A stretch of DNA of 64,000 nt from Octopus sinensis (taxonomy: Eukaryota), in the NCBI RefSeq assembly GCF_006345805.1, contig NC_043013.1, forward strand, positions 56,172,001 to 56,236,000, given 5' to 3'. Shown piece after piece: positions 1 through 11,944 of this stretch. The notes beneath the pieces were generated by a model that saw only the letters and a list, made by a program, of their open reading frames with translations, was not told where the DNA came from and ran no database searches. Each line of letters opens with the position of its first letter. The stretch's first letter is position 1. The translations under genes were made by a program, and so were the position numbers.

Positions 1-200
1 CTGGTCAGTACAGAATGCAATGCCATCTTAATTCCCTCTGGAGGAATAAACTGGAGACAGACTTCTGTGTGCAGGTGTGTCTGAGAGTCTTTTATCTCTG
101 GCGACAAAAGATCCAGGTACACAAGGAGTATGTGGTGCTGTAGAAGAATATGGCAATAAAATGGTGTTCGGGGGTGAGAGATGAAAGAATTGAATGGTAG

Positions 201-585
201 AATCTTTTTGGTTTGAATGGCAGTTTTTGACATAATTTCCACGTAACTAAACACTTTTAAACTTCGTATACCGGTAGAATGAGTTTATAAAACATCTTGC
301 CTTTATTGAGAAAATTCTATAGTTTGTAAGATATTTGTTGTTTTTTTTCTTCAATTTCTGCCATTTCAACCAATAAATGACATATATTGAGGTGAAAACA
401 TTCTGTGCCGAATGAATATGTCCTTCATCTAAGAAACAGATTGGGTTTATTTACATTTCTGAGGAAAAAAAGATACCCTTTCCCCCACCCCTAACCCTAA
501 CTAACCTTAACCCTGGGGTCATAATTATGGGTGACAATTTCATATGACACCGCTAGAAAAACTGCCGTTCAAACCGAAAAGATCC
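201..585. mobile_element. MITE-like non-autonomous DNA transposon with about 28-bp TIRs
   Basis: Left end gaatctttttggtttgaatggcagttttt is the reverse complement of right end aaaaactgccgttcaaaccgaaaagatc. No ORF. Internal CCCTAA-like stretch. Confidence 0.8.
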
Positions 586-990
586 CCCAATCTGTTTCTT
601 AAGCAAGGGACATATTCATACAGCACAGAATGTTTTTTACCCCAATGGAGGTCATTGATTGGTTGAAATTGCAGAAATTGAAGAATATCTTACAAACTAT
701 AAAATTTTCTCAATAAAGCCAAGAGGAAAAGATGTTTTATAAACACATTCTACCAGTATACGAAGTTAAAATTTTTTTAGTTACCTAGAAATTATGTTAA
801 AAACTTCCGTTCAAACCGAAAAGATCAAGATTGGGTTTATTTACATTTGTGAAGAAAAAAGATACCCTTCCTTCCACCTCTAACCCTAAAACAGATTGAA
901 ATGCAATAGATTGATACTAGGGTCATAATTATGGGTGACAACTTCATATGACACCGCTAGAAAAAACTGCCATTCAAACTGAAAAGATCC
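586..990. mobile_element. Second, rearranged copy of the same MITE (left half inverted, then right half)
   Basis: 586-826 is the reverse complement of about 201-450 and ends in the TIR. 827-990 repeats about 446-585 and ends in the TIR. Confidence 0.75.
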
Positions 991-1648
991 CGATTTTATT
1001 TCACTTTAAGTAAATTCCCAGGTAAACGTTCCTAATAGAAAGGCAGAAGACACCAGAAGCAAGATTAAGGAATATACACGCACAGTTAAATATAGAAGTG
1101 TAAAGCATAATTTGTTACATAATTGTTATAAACCTAAACTCGAATATCAAAGTTTAAAAGGTTTTAATCGACTAAAAATACAGCAATATACAATACAAAC
1201 GAAGATTGCCAAATTGTAAGCAAAACCAAACATTTTTTATACAGCGAGTTTCTCCATTCTCGACTAAAATCAACGCTGAACATGTCGTCTGCAAACATAA
1301 CAGAACTCCGCGCAGTCGCAGTGCAGGCCTATAAAAAGCAATGGAGACAATCAAAATCACAACAATAATCTCTATAATATTGAATGGAATAATTCCTCAT
1401 TTGAACTTTTTTAATTACATATATGTGTGTGTGTGTGTGTGTGGTAGAAATTTACGAGTAGACAATTTCATTAAATCCATTTTTCTCAAAGTTATGATCA
1501 TCATCCAAAGTCGGGGTCTCACAAATCTGTAGTTATACCGATTCAAAAATACATAAAATGAATTGTTCAAGTAAAAAAAAGTTCATCAATTTTCAGAGGA
1601 ATATTTAAAATTTGGATTTATACTCGCCATCCACGATAAACTGTCTCC

Positions 1649-2066
1649 AAGTTATGAAGGAAAAACTCGGATCTTGTGAATTTTCCAAAAGTCCTCTCCT
1701 CACCCCTTGGAAAAAGTTTTCCTACAAATTTATTTATAATCGTAATCTATGTCGGTTGAAAGGTATTTATACAAAATTTCATTAAAAAAAAAACAAAACA
1801 TTTTCCTAAAAGTTATGAGGGGAAATCTCAGATCTTATGAATTTTCCGAAGTTCTCTCCCCTATCGTTGCTTTCCACACATTTCTTTCATATTCGTTTCC
1901 TACACATTTCTTTTTACATCCATTTCACTATTTTTTCATTTATTTAGTTTCCGGGTAATATTGTAAACATTAACCAAATTTTGAATAACAAAAATTAAAT
2001 ATCACAAGGGGTCATCAGAATTTTAGAAATGATTCTGTGAGGCCAAAAATCGATTGGGAACTGCTG
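1649..2066. mobile_element. Probable end of a hAT (Charlie-type) element with subterminal repeats
   Basis: Terminus ttgggaactgctg followed by ctctagat (2067-2074, NTCTAGAN target motif). Two about 50-bp imperfect direct repeats at 1649 and 1810. Other end not found. Confidence 0.35.
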
Positions 2067-2361
2067 CTCTAGATAATGGGAAACCTATATTAACCCCAAA
2101 CTGATTTCTCCTTTATTATTCTTTTAAAGATGGGAGCATAGTGTGTAGTTCTTCTATGACTGTCTCAAAGGACAGCTTAACATGTTTGAGAGAGTAAGAA
2201 GGAGGGATAGAAGATGAAAGAGAGAGGTGAGTTGGCCTATGTATTTGACTGGTGTTTTATTTACTGACACTGAGGTGGGGGATAAAAAGCAAAGATGCTC
2301 TTATTGTCATTTAAATCCAGGACACAAGTGAAGAAGTGGTTCCAGTCACTTATTAATTACT

Positions 2362-2480
2362 AATATTCTTTTCTACTCTAGGTCCAAGGCCCAAAATATT
2401 TGGGGAGGGGCCAATTGTTTTGATCGACCCCAGTATGCAACTGATACTTAATTTATCAACCCCGTTAAATTTATCAACCT
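2362..2480 (-). mobile_element. tRNA-derived SINE family A, partial
   Basis: Tail ttcttttctactctagg..caaggccc matches the reverse complement of the full copy at 17451-17670. Confidence 0.7.
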
Positions 2481-2874
2481 AGAGAGGACAATTATTAATT
2501 CTGACCAATTCTCTTTTACCATCATCATTATTTTGAGGTAGTTTTTCGAAATGTCCAACACATTTAACTTAATTTTACATTTAAAAGATAAGATGGAAAT
2601 ATATAAATTTACATTTACTAATAAATTCATTTATCCCAAACTGTAGAAACTGCAAAATGTTTGTCTTAAATCGTAATTCTAATTTTAAAACATAATTACT
2701 CCCAACAGAGGAGAGAATCATAAAATAGCTAAAAGCTGAATCTTAATTATATACATTTTAGGATTCCTTGATAAGTTAGGTAACGGCTCGATCTTTAAGT
2801 GGGGATATTCTTAGCAAGGGTGATAGTGGTCATTCTAGTTGTAATCAAGGTAGTGATGGTCGTTATAATGATGC

Positions 2875-2976
2875 AGTGGTGGTGGTGGTGGTGGTGGTGG
2901 TGTTGGTGGTGGTGGTGTTGGTGGTGGTGGTGTTGGTGGTGGTGGTGATGGTGGTGATGGTGGTGGTGGTGGTGGT
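2875..2976. repeat. (GGT)n microsatellite
   Basis: Direct reading. Confidence 0.95.
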
Positions 2977-3639
2977 AATTTGATGTTGGTGCTGTTGTTT
3001 GGCCCTAGTTCTGCCTTAATCTAACAGACCAATCATCATGTTTTCCAATTGTGACCATCCCATATTGTATTCATACTTAGTGTATGTGTCCTTCATTAAG
3101 ACAGCATAGTGTGATTTGAGAGTGATTTGGCAGCTATCTCTGCTATTTTGATCAGCCAAATTGCTTTAATACTTGTTTGATGATTGTGTTGTTCTTGTTA
3201 CAGCTGTTGTTTATTCTAAATAACCCAGATTTAAAAAGTTTGTAACTGAAGGAATTCCAGCCATGACATTCCCATAGATTTCTTGTTATCTCAGATTCTA
3301 TAATCTAACGTCATCTTTCTTTTACAAAGACTGTAGAGTCTCAGTTGAGTTGGATTTCGTTGCTGTTTCTATTAAGTGGAATGACCATATAGAGGCTCCA
3401 TCACTGACTCGAGGCAATAATCTTGAAGGATGTGCTGAGAATATTGATGAAGAGTGAAACTGTGGAAACACAACAAATGATACAGTTTTGCCCTCAAAAC
3501 CTTCAGAACACAAACACATTCAATGGAAGAGAATATTAAATTAAAGCCTCATGGCTTTGGAGTTCAAATTTTGGAGCATTTTCTCTTTTCAGAGAAGCAC
3601 CAAATTTCTCTAACAGATGGTTGTGACACTGATTGTATG

Positions 3640-4013
3640 CTCTCTCCCCACCTTCTCTTTCCCTACCTTCTCTCTCCCCCTCTCTCTCTCTCCTCCCTTC
3701 TCTCTCTCTCCTCCCTTCTCTCTCTCTCCTCCCTTCTCTCTCCTCCCTTCTCTCTCCCCTTTTCTCTCCCTCTGTTCTCTTTCCCCTTCTCTCCCTCTCC
3801 CCTTCTCTCTCATTCCCCCTTCTTTCTATCCCCTTCTCATTCCCCTCTCTCTCCCCTTCCCTTCTCTCTCTCCCTTTCTCCCCTTCTCTCTGTTTCTGTC
3901 TACCCTTCTCACTTGCTTTCACCATAAATATACTGTACTATTTCTACAAACCAAATCTCTCTCAAACCTTCTACACTCTCTTTGGCAATCATCATCATCG
4001 TCGTCATCATTAC

Positions 4014-4062
<49 letters not shown>
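3640..4062. repeat. CT-rich polypyrimidine tract with an 18-bp tandem unit, followed by (CAT)/(ATT)n
   Basis: ctctctctctcctccctt repeated 3-4 times at about 3680-3750; (ATT)n at about 4010-4062. Confidence 0.9.
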
Positions 4063-4794
4063 GACTCTCATTATGTGAAGATGTTTGCTTCTCCCTTTGA
4101 AACAAATAGTATTGACGCTTTACCAAATGAAATTTTCTTTGGAGTAGTTGAAAAAACAAAATGGTAAATGCCTTAAGAAAGCCTGTTCTTGATCCCTGAG
4201 GGCAGACAACAGAAAAGAGAAGTTTGTGAAGCAAACTTTTAAAATATTATTTACACACATTGAAATTTGAGCTGTATGAAGAGAAACCTTTCCTTACTAC
4301 AAAATGGACAGATAGAATCTTTAGATCGATCACAGGTAAAAGGGCAGGGGGAAAATACGTAGGTGAGTGAATTTTGTGAAAGTCATTAGCATTTCTTTGT
4401 CACATGAGATAATCCAGGAAAGGGCAAAGAGAAGATTTATATATCTCTGGTTATAAAAAAGATGGTCATGGATTGAAAGTAGTAGAATAGTTTTGCAAGA
4501 CATATTGAGAAAATTTACTTTGATCAAAAATGGCAAAAGCTGCGATAATATCTTCTGTCCCTTCAAAACTATAAACGCTGCCAAAACAAGGCTGAAATAG
4601 TCTGACATAGACTGAACCATGTGAGACATGTGTGACTGTGAAATATGTTTTAATTTCATTATGTCAGAGACAAATTTTAATAAATCTGATAAGGTCAATT
4701 TCTTGGATGCACTTTGACCACAGTCTATGGGTCATTGTCATGTGTTCTGGTAGTGGGTGGATCCAGCACATCGAGATTGTAGGGTGTGACATGT

Positions 4795-5800
4795 TCAATA
4801 CCGTATATGCACTCCCTAGGTGTTCAAAATGGTCATGAGGCAGTTCACAAAAGCCATTGACACCTGTGCCCACAGATTGAGGAAAGCTGCCTCCAATTCC
4901 ACATGTGTTGTCGGCCTTGAGACCACCTGGTTCAGCTGTCTCTGAATTTCATCCCACAGGTGTTCAGTTGGGTTCAATTTCAGGCTGAGAACCGGCTCTA
5001 GGATGGTTCTGATGTTGTGCTGACACAAGAAGTCCATTGTGACCCTGGCTGTGTGGGAGCGAGCTTTGTCTTGCTGAAACATGTAGCTATGGTGATGCGT
5101 GAAGAAGGGCACGATGTGAGGTCTTAGGATCTGGTCAAAGTAGCACTGCACTGTGATGCCATTCCCTCTGCTTGCACCAACATTTTGGAATGCATGGGGC
5201 CCAATTCTCTGATTCAAGTCTGTAACACCCCAAACCATGATGCTTTGACCATGTCATGTGTCTCTCTCCATGACACATGTGTCTCTAGCATTCACCCCTC
5301 CAACACCAAACCCTCACTCTGCCATCCAAGGTGGAAACACAATAACGTCTCTCGTTAGAGAAGACTATCGACCTCCAATGCTGATGCTGTATAGCCCACT
5401 GTAGTCATGCCTGACAGTGGTGGACAGTGAGGACAGGTCCTCAAGTAGGATGATGGCAAAGCAGGTTGTTGGCAGCCAGTTGATGTACTGTGTCGTCGCT
5501 GAGGAGTCGTTGTCCAGTGCTGATGGTCTCATGAGCTGTCATGCTGACCAGTCTGAAGCGATCACAGAAGTGTTGCAGGTGGATGAAGCGGTCCTGCCTG
5601 GGCGTGGTCACCCAGAGGCACCCTGTGAGGACATGGCCTGCAGTGCTATTGGTGTTGTTGTATCTCTGTTGCAGGTGATAGATGATGCTGACATGGACAT
5701 TGTAAGCTTTTGCAACAACCAGGGCATGCTGCTTCTGCTTGCAATCGGCTAATAGCTTCTTCTCTCTGCGCTGCTGACAATCGAGTTATACCTGATGCAT
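4795..5800 (-). mobile_element. Tc1-family transposase pseudogene (frameshifts and stops)
   Basis: Translations give the N-terminal HTH-like RLSAAQREEAISRLQA and the DDE-domain motifs MVWG, YFDQILRPHIVP, FQQDKARSHTAR, LNPTEHLWDEI, ending GVHIRY*. Confidence 0.9.
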
Positions 5801-6109
5801 CCAAATTACTTGAACTGCCAAGAATGCAGTTCAAGTTGATTTTTTATCCCCCATAACCTCTACAAGATGCATGTGCATTTCAGTTTTCATGACAATTGTT
5901 TGCAACTGCCACCCACAACATTCAATGCAGCTGTATTTTGGCGTCTTGTTTCAGGGAAAGTTAAAAGGTTACCTGCAATTTAGGTCTCAGCCATAAACCA
6001 GCATGTCTTGGAATATTTACACTTACATCCCTGAAATAAATTTTCAGAATTTACCATTAAAAAAATGACATTCGATAAAACCGCATTTCTTTTGCAGTTC
6101 AGTATGCAT

Positions 6110-6562
6110 AGGTGCAGGTGTGGCTGTGTGGTAAGAAGTTTGTTTCTCAACCACATGGTTCTGGGTTCAGTATCCTTGGGCAAATATGTTCTACTATAGT
6201 CTTGGGATAACCATAAGCCTTGTGAGTGAATTTGGTTGATGGAAACTGAAAGAAGCCCATCTTTTATATTAAGGCAGTGTTCCAACATGGCCGCAGTCAA
6301 ATGACTTGAAACAAGTAAAAGAATAAAAGAAAGAATATATATATGCGTATGTTTGTGTTTGTCCCCCACTCCTGCTTGACAACCAGTGTTGGTGTGTTTA
6401 CATCCCCATAAGTTAGTGGTTTGGCAAAAAAGATTGATAGAATAAGTACCAGGTTTAAAAAAAAGAAAAACCACTGGAGTTGATTCACTCAACTAAACAT
6501 TCTTCAAGGCAGTGCCCCAGCATGGCCACAGTCAACTGACTGAAAAAAGTATAAGAGCAAAG
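6110..6562 (+). mobile_element. tRNA-derived SINE family B (about 400-450 bp, internal TA/TG microsatellite)
   Basis: Head ggtgcaggtgtggctgtgtggtaag..ggttc..gggttcag, core ccttgggcaa, tail gcagtgccccagcatggccacagtc. Many paralogues in the window. Confidence 0.85.
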
Positions 6563-7531
6563 ATAGACAAATGCAGTTCACTATTTGTCAGCCAGTACAT
6601 GGCATAGGTTGGCCCTTGGCTAAAGCTAAAGACAGCCAAACAGCGGGGCTGAACTGGAAACCATGAGTTTGTCTATAACTGATTAAAAATATGTTTACAA
6701 AAGAAATGAACCACGTCTAATTTCCCCGTATATGATGAAAGAAGTTTGATATTTGCCCCAGTATGGCCACAGTCCAGTGACCAGAACGACTAAGAGAAGT
6801 TACAATCATTGCAAATCTAAAATTTTATAGCAGCAAACTAATTGTGCCGTGATTCATTAAGCCAGCAATTAACAGACACTGTCTCCTCAGCAGGACTCAC
6901 TCTTGTTCGATTTCAAATTAAAGCATTTAATGTTTAATTTCAGCTAAAATGAGATTTTGGAGAAGTCTAACATAATTAAAGCTAAACACATATTTCAAAA
7001 TGTTTTTTTAAGGCTTTTTTTTAATATTTATATTGAAAACAGCACTATTTTTAATGCTTTATAAATATTTTGAAGTAGTATTAGCACATTTTGAAGTATT
7101 AAAATGTTAACAGTTGTTTAATACAAGTAAATAGGAGTGAAGGAAAAAAAACATTCACAATACAAACCAAGAGGATATATTTACAATATTTTCCTGGAAT
7201 CACATTGGTTTTACAAATTTTGCTATGTCACTTGTGCTAAGCTACATGATTTCCATTTGTGTGGAAGTGAAACTTTCATAATAAACCAGTTTAATGCTAG
7301 AAAACTCTATGTTCACACTGATTGTACTTAATAAAGAGAGAAAAAAATGAAACTTCATTTTATTATATTTCCTGTGAAAAGAAAAACTGACACGATTCAA
7401 TTCTAATGCAATTTTCATTTTAATTTTATTTTTACTTTTACAAAAATATTGCATTTAGCTTAGATACACACTCATTCTACATATATAATATACATTACGT
7501 ATATACATACACTTATATATATACATACACT

Positions 7532-7562
<31 letters not shown>

Positions 7563-8778
7563 CATACTTAAAATGATAGTGTGTTTAAAATCTATAGAAT
7601 TTGCAAGTTAGTGTCAGTTTATCCAGTATGGTACTCAAGTATGTGTGTGTGTGTGAGAGCATGCATGTATGTATATAAATATGTATGTGTATATAAGATT
7701 AAAACATGCTAGCAAACTAACACTAACTTTAGAATTCTATTGATTTTTAAATCGTCATTTGAGGTATGATCTTATATACATACATATATGTATATATCCC
7801 CCTCCCCACACACACAATATGATGAAAATGCACTCTTCTTGTGCGTGGCATGTTTTGTTAACTCGTGATACAAAACTGGTTGAAATCATCATCTCCAGAA
7901 ATTTGTATTAATGCCAAAATATCTCAGACAATATGTTAAGTTTATAACTTTACAAACCATTGACCTCATTAAAAGAGATAAAGTTTATAGTTTCAAAATT
8001 TGCATCTTCACTAGATATTGATTGCATTAAATTCTGATCATTGTATATGCATGTGTATATAGGAATCTCTGTCCTAAACACTAAACTTGCTCTTGTTTCC
8101 CTACCATGATCATTCACCTCTGAATACCTTCCTAATCCATCCTAATCTTTGGTCCTTCCTCTCAATCTTGAAAGTTATGTGAGGGCTTTGTTACTGCTGA
8201 GGCCATGAGGAAAAAAACCCAATAAACTCTGTAAAATGTTTGGAATTTGAAAGGTCATTCAGTCATAGAAATCAAGTGAAAACTGAAATATTAGAACGAG
8301 ATGTGGTCCTTTGAATTGCCAGATTCCACTGAAATATCGAACTCTTGCTGCCACAGAAAGAAGGTATAAAATGATGATGATGACAATGAAGATGATGATG
8401 ATGGTGATGGCGACTATGATGATGCGATTTAGCAATGAAACCAATCAAAATGTAGTATTGATGTATCAAATGTTTTTATCTCGTAAGTTGAAGTTAATAG
8501 TTTATCCAATTTAAATTAATGTTTTACTGGAAATATATAATGGCTTTGAATTAAAAACTCTTCTCAACAATAGAGACAGGGGTTTCTTGTCTGCACTTTA
8601 ACTTGTTGCAAGTATCAGAGTCTAAAAAACACAAGAGAATGTCTAAATGAAACTAATCAATGATCTGACAAGAAAAGACAAGATTTATAATTGTGTATCA
8701 TGTATTGTGGAACATACATTGAAACGTAGTTTAATTGAGGTCAGATAAAAGAAGTTGATAAACACAAGACAAATAACA

Positions 8779-9175
8779 AGCATAGGCATGGCTGTGTTGT
8801 GGTTAGATACTTCCCAATCACATGGTTCTGGGTTCAGTCCCATTGCATGGCACCCTAGGTGAGTCTCTTCTACTAGGGCCTCGGGTCAACCAAACACTTG
8901 TGAGAGGGTTTGGTAGATGGAAAATGAAAGAAGGCCACCATGCGTGTGTGTGTGTGTGTTTATATTTGTGTTTGACCCCCACCATTGCCTGATGACCAAT
9001 GTTGGTTCGTTTATGTCCCTGTAACTTAACAGTTTGGCAAAAGAGACTGATAGAATAAGTATCAACCTTAAACGAATATGCAAGTGCTGGGATCGATTCA
9101 TTCAACTAAAAGTTCTTCAAGGCAGTGCCCTAGAATGGCCGCAGTCTAATGATTGAAACAAATAAAAGATAAAAT
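8779..9175 (+). mobile_element. SINE family B
   Basis: Colinear with 17674-18079. Confidence 0.85.
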
Positions 9176-9309
9176 ACAGAGGCTGAATTGATAGCAGAGT
9201 ATTGGAAGAGCTTTCTGGATGATTGAGCTGCCAGGATTCAGGGCAGGCAGAATGCACGGAAGTGTAAAGTGTGTGGTTGTTCTGAACTTGTTGCTTCATG
9301 TTTTTAAAG

Positions 9310-9475
9310 GTCCCAATGAAAAGCACGAATAAGAGTGAATTGAATAGTTCAGCAGCAGGATTGCTTGTGTCATCTCTGTGCAGAGCGTTGAAGGGCAGTC
9401 ATGTGTGGTATATGTCATCAGATTTGCAGAGAACAGCAGAACACAATGTTTACAAGAGATTTACACACTTGGCTG
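9310..9475 (+). other. Candidate coding exon or decayed coding remnant (unidentified)
   Basis: tttttaaag|GTC...CTG|gtgagg; open frame VPMKSTNKSELNSSAAGLLVSSLCRALKGSHVWYMSSDLQRTAEHNVYKRFTHLA. Complex sequence, but no family recognised. Confidence 0.2.
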
Positions 9476-10221
9476 GTGAGGTTAGTGAACCATGCAATAA
9501 ATGGGTTTGTAACAATTGACTCAACCTCACAGTAGTAAAAGTCCTGTCATGCATCATTGATCAATCTGAATTCCTTTAATTTCCAAAGGAAATAGAGGCG
9601 TGGCTGTGTTTTTTTTGCTTCTTCTCTGCTGCTGAGTTGCATAAATTATGGAACCCGAAAAGGTTGTTTGATGTCCACACATCCAGCAAAAAGTAAGTGA
9701 AGAACAATCTAGCCATGGCATTATATATCACTGCACAAAAAGAAAGTAAGTGTGTAACTATATATATATATATTTATATAACTGAATAATATATATATTT
9801 ATATATGTATGTATGTGTGTGTTTATGTGTCTGTCTCTGTGTGTATACACACACATGCACATCCACACTCATGTACACACACAGAAATACACACAGAGAC
9901 ACACACATATTCCTGAGGGTGACAAGTTCAAATAGAAGTTGTGTCTGGCCACTTAGAATGAAGTATACAAAGATATATCTGAGAGGGAAATAAATATTTA
10001 ATCCAACAAAATACATTTTGTCAGCCTATTAGGGATTAAATATTTACACACACGCACACACACACACACACATGGACACACGCACACACACACACACACA
10101 TAACATGATATCTATCTATTTATGAAGCTATCTATTTCTTCCTCTCCCTCTCACTCTCTCATGCACACTGTATATATGTGTGTATATGTGTGTGTGTGTG
10201 TGTGTATGTAAATATATATAA

Positions 10222-10367
10222 TCTTTTATTCTTTTACTTGTGTCAGTCATTTGACCGCAGCCATGCTTGGGCACTGCCTCTATGGCTTTTAGTCAAACAA
10301 ATAGACCCCAGGTTTTATATTTTAAGCCTAGTACCCATTCTGTCGGTCTCGTTTGCTGAACTGCTAA
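10222..10367 (-). mobile_element. SINE family B, 3' fragment
   Basis: cttttacttgtgtcagtcatttgaccgcagccatgc matches the reverse complement of the family B tail. Confidence 0.75.
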
Positions 10368-10543
10368 TTTGTTCTTAAATAAGCAAAACAATTATTTCAT
10401 TTCAGACAAAGTGTATCAAGGACAACGTTATCAAATGTGTACTTCGCTTTCCTAAGACAGTACGATTTGCAGAAGATTTGGCTGTTATTTCTAGCAGTGT
10501 CTTTTAGAAACTCCCTTAATGGTTTAAGTATTTAGTCAATGAT

Positions 10544-10544
<1 letters not shown>

Positions 10545-10598
<54 letters not shown>

Positions 10599-10614
10599 AT
10601 GTGTGTGTGTGTGT
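10545..10614. repeat. (GT)n microsatellite
   Basis: Direct reading. Confidence 0.95.
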
Positions 10615-11944
10615 TTTATAGAAAAGAAAAGAGCTATACAGTGGTAAAAACAGTCGAATGGCTTGTAGTATTGTTTGGTAAGGCTTCATGCTCTGAGTTC
10701 AATTCCTGCTGAAACCAATATAGTTGGAATTGATTGCAAAAAGAATTGCATGCAAGTCCCAGCATGAAGTAATGCATCATATTTATACAATTGATATAAG
10801 GATGATGATGAAGATGTGATGATTGTGATGATGATGGTAATCAGGAGGAGTGGGGGAGGAAGATGAGGATCATAGTTATGGAAATGAGGATCTTTGATCA
10901 AAAAACAAAGAAATCCTTATTTTGTAGCAGTACTTAGTGTTTGAAACTGCGTCGGCCCAATAGACGGCAGCAATGATATCTCAGGTAATTTTGGCCTACA
11001 TTTTAGCCAATGGCTGTTCAGGCACATTTGTGTGTTAAGAGTAACAGAAAATGGCCTGTAGTTTCACACCAAATGATGGTTATAAATTGATATTCTCAGG
11101 AAATACAAATCACAGAGAGAGAGGAGAGCAAGCTCTTGCAGAGGATGGTAGAGGTTACCTTGCTTCACAGGTAGCTATGCCACTTTTCAACCTTATGTTA
11201 AGACCCCGCTGCCCTCACCAAACATGCAGTTTTACGTTTTTCCTCCCTGCCAAATCTACATTCTCACACAAGCTACAGGCATTCATCATAACAGCCTCCG
11301 GTTGTTGACCTTCGTATTGTCAACATGGAGATGAAAAAGATTCATTCAAATGGGGAAAAGTGTGATTGGTTTTGTGGGGAACATGAGCCAGACCAAATTC
11401 TCAGTTCCCAGCTAACCAAGCTAGAACTTTATAGAATAATATTCAATATACCATAGAACTAAACATGGCAGTCGACAGACCATTCCTTCTTTCTGTATAT
11501 CTATCTAAGACTACATCATTCAATGTGTTCTTTAGGCTTCTGTGTACTTATTCAGTCTTGCCTTTTTATGATGGTAGGGTGTGGTTTGAGAGAAATTTAG
11601 CTAGTATTTCTTGCAGATCAAACGACCTCATGGAGATAGCATCATTGGCTCATCTCTTCACCAGTTCTTTTTGTTGTTGGGCAAAAACATTTAAGATATT
11701 GACTTACCACTGATTAAATTCTTTTGATCATTTTTTATTTATTTATTACTCAAGAAAGTCAAACAGAAAACATTATATATATTACCTTATTGTTTTCAAT
11801 TTATTTATCTGTAATTAATAAATTTGTAAGTTTGATAATTCTCATTAAGAATTCTTGATCTTATTTATATATCAGTGAAGTCAATATTATTTCTTAGAAT
11901 CGGTAAATTATTGGACAAAATGGTTAATGAAATATCAGTACATT

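Noticed and set aside
488-513. ccctaaccctaactaaccttaaccct telomere-like repeat
   Set aside because: Internal part of the MITE (also present, shorter, at about 880); not a telomere or fusion site.
4078-4145. IDALPNEIF resembling an F-box start, ending at TG|gtaaat
   Set aside because: Only a few residues match, there is no convincing acceptor or start context, and the F-box helix pattern does not continue.
3523-4167. Cluster of 60-153 aa ORFs on both strands
   Set aside because: Translations of CT, ATT and CAT low-complexity tracts.
10928-10984. AG..GT-bounded 57-nt segment
   Set aside because: Stops in all three frames; no supporting context.
11051-11308. 85-aa ORF, possibly in phase with the 9310-9475 candidate
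   Set aside because: No recognisable domain; the acceptor (attctcag) is weak.
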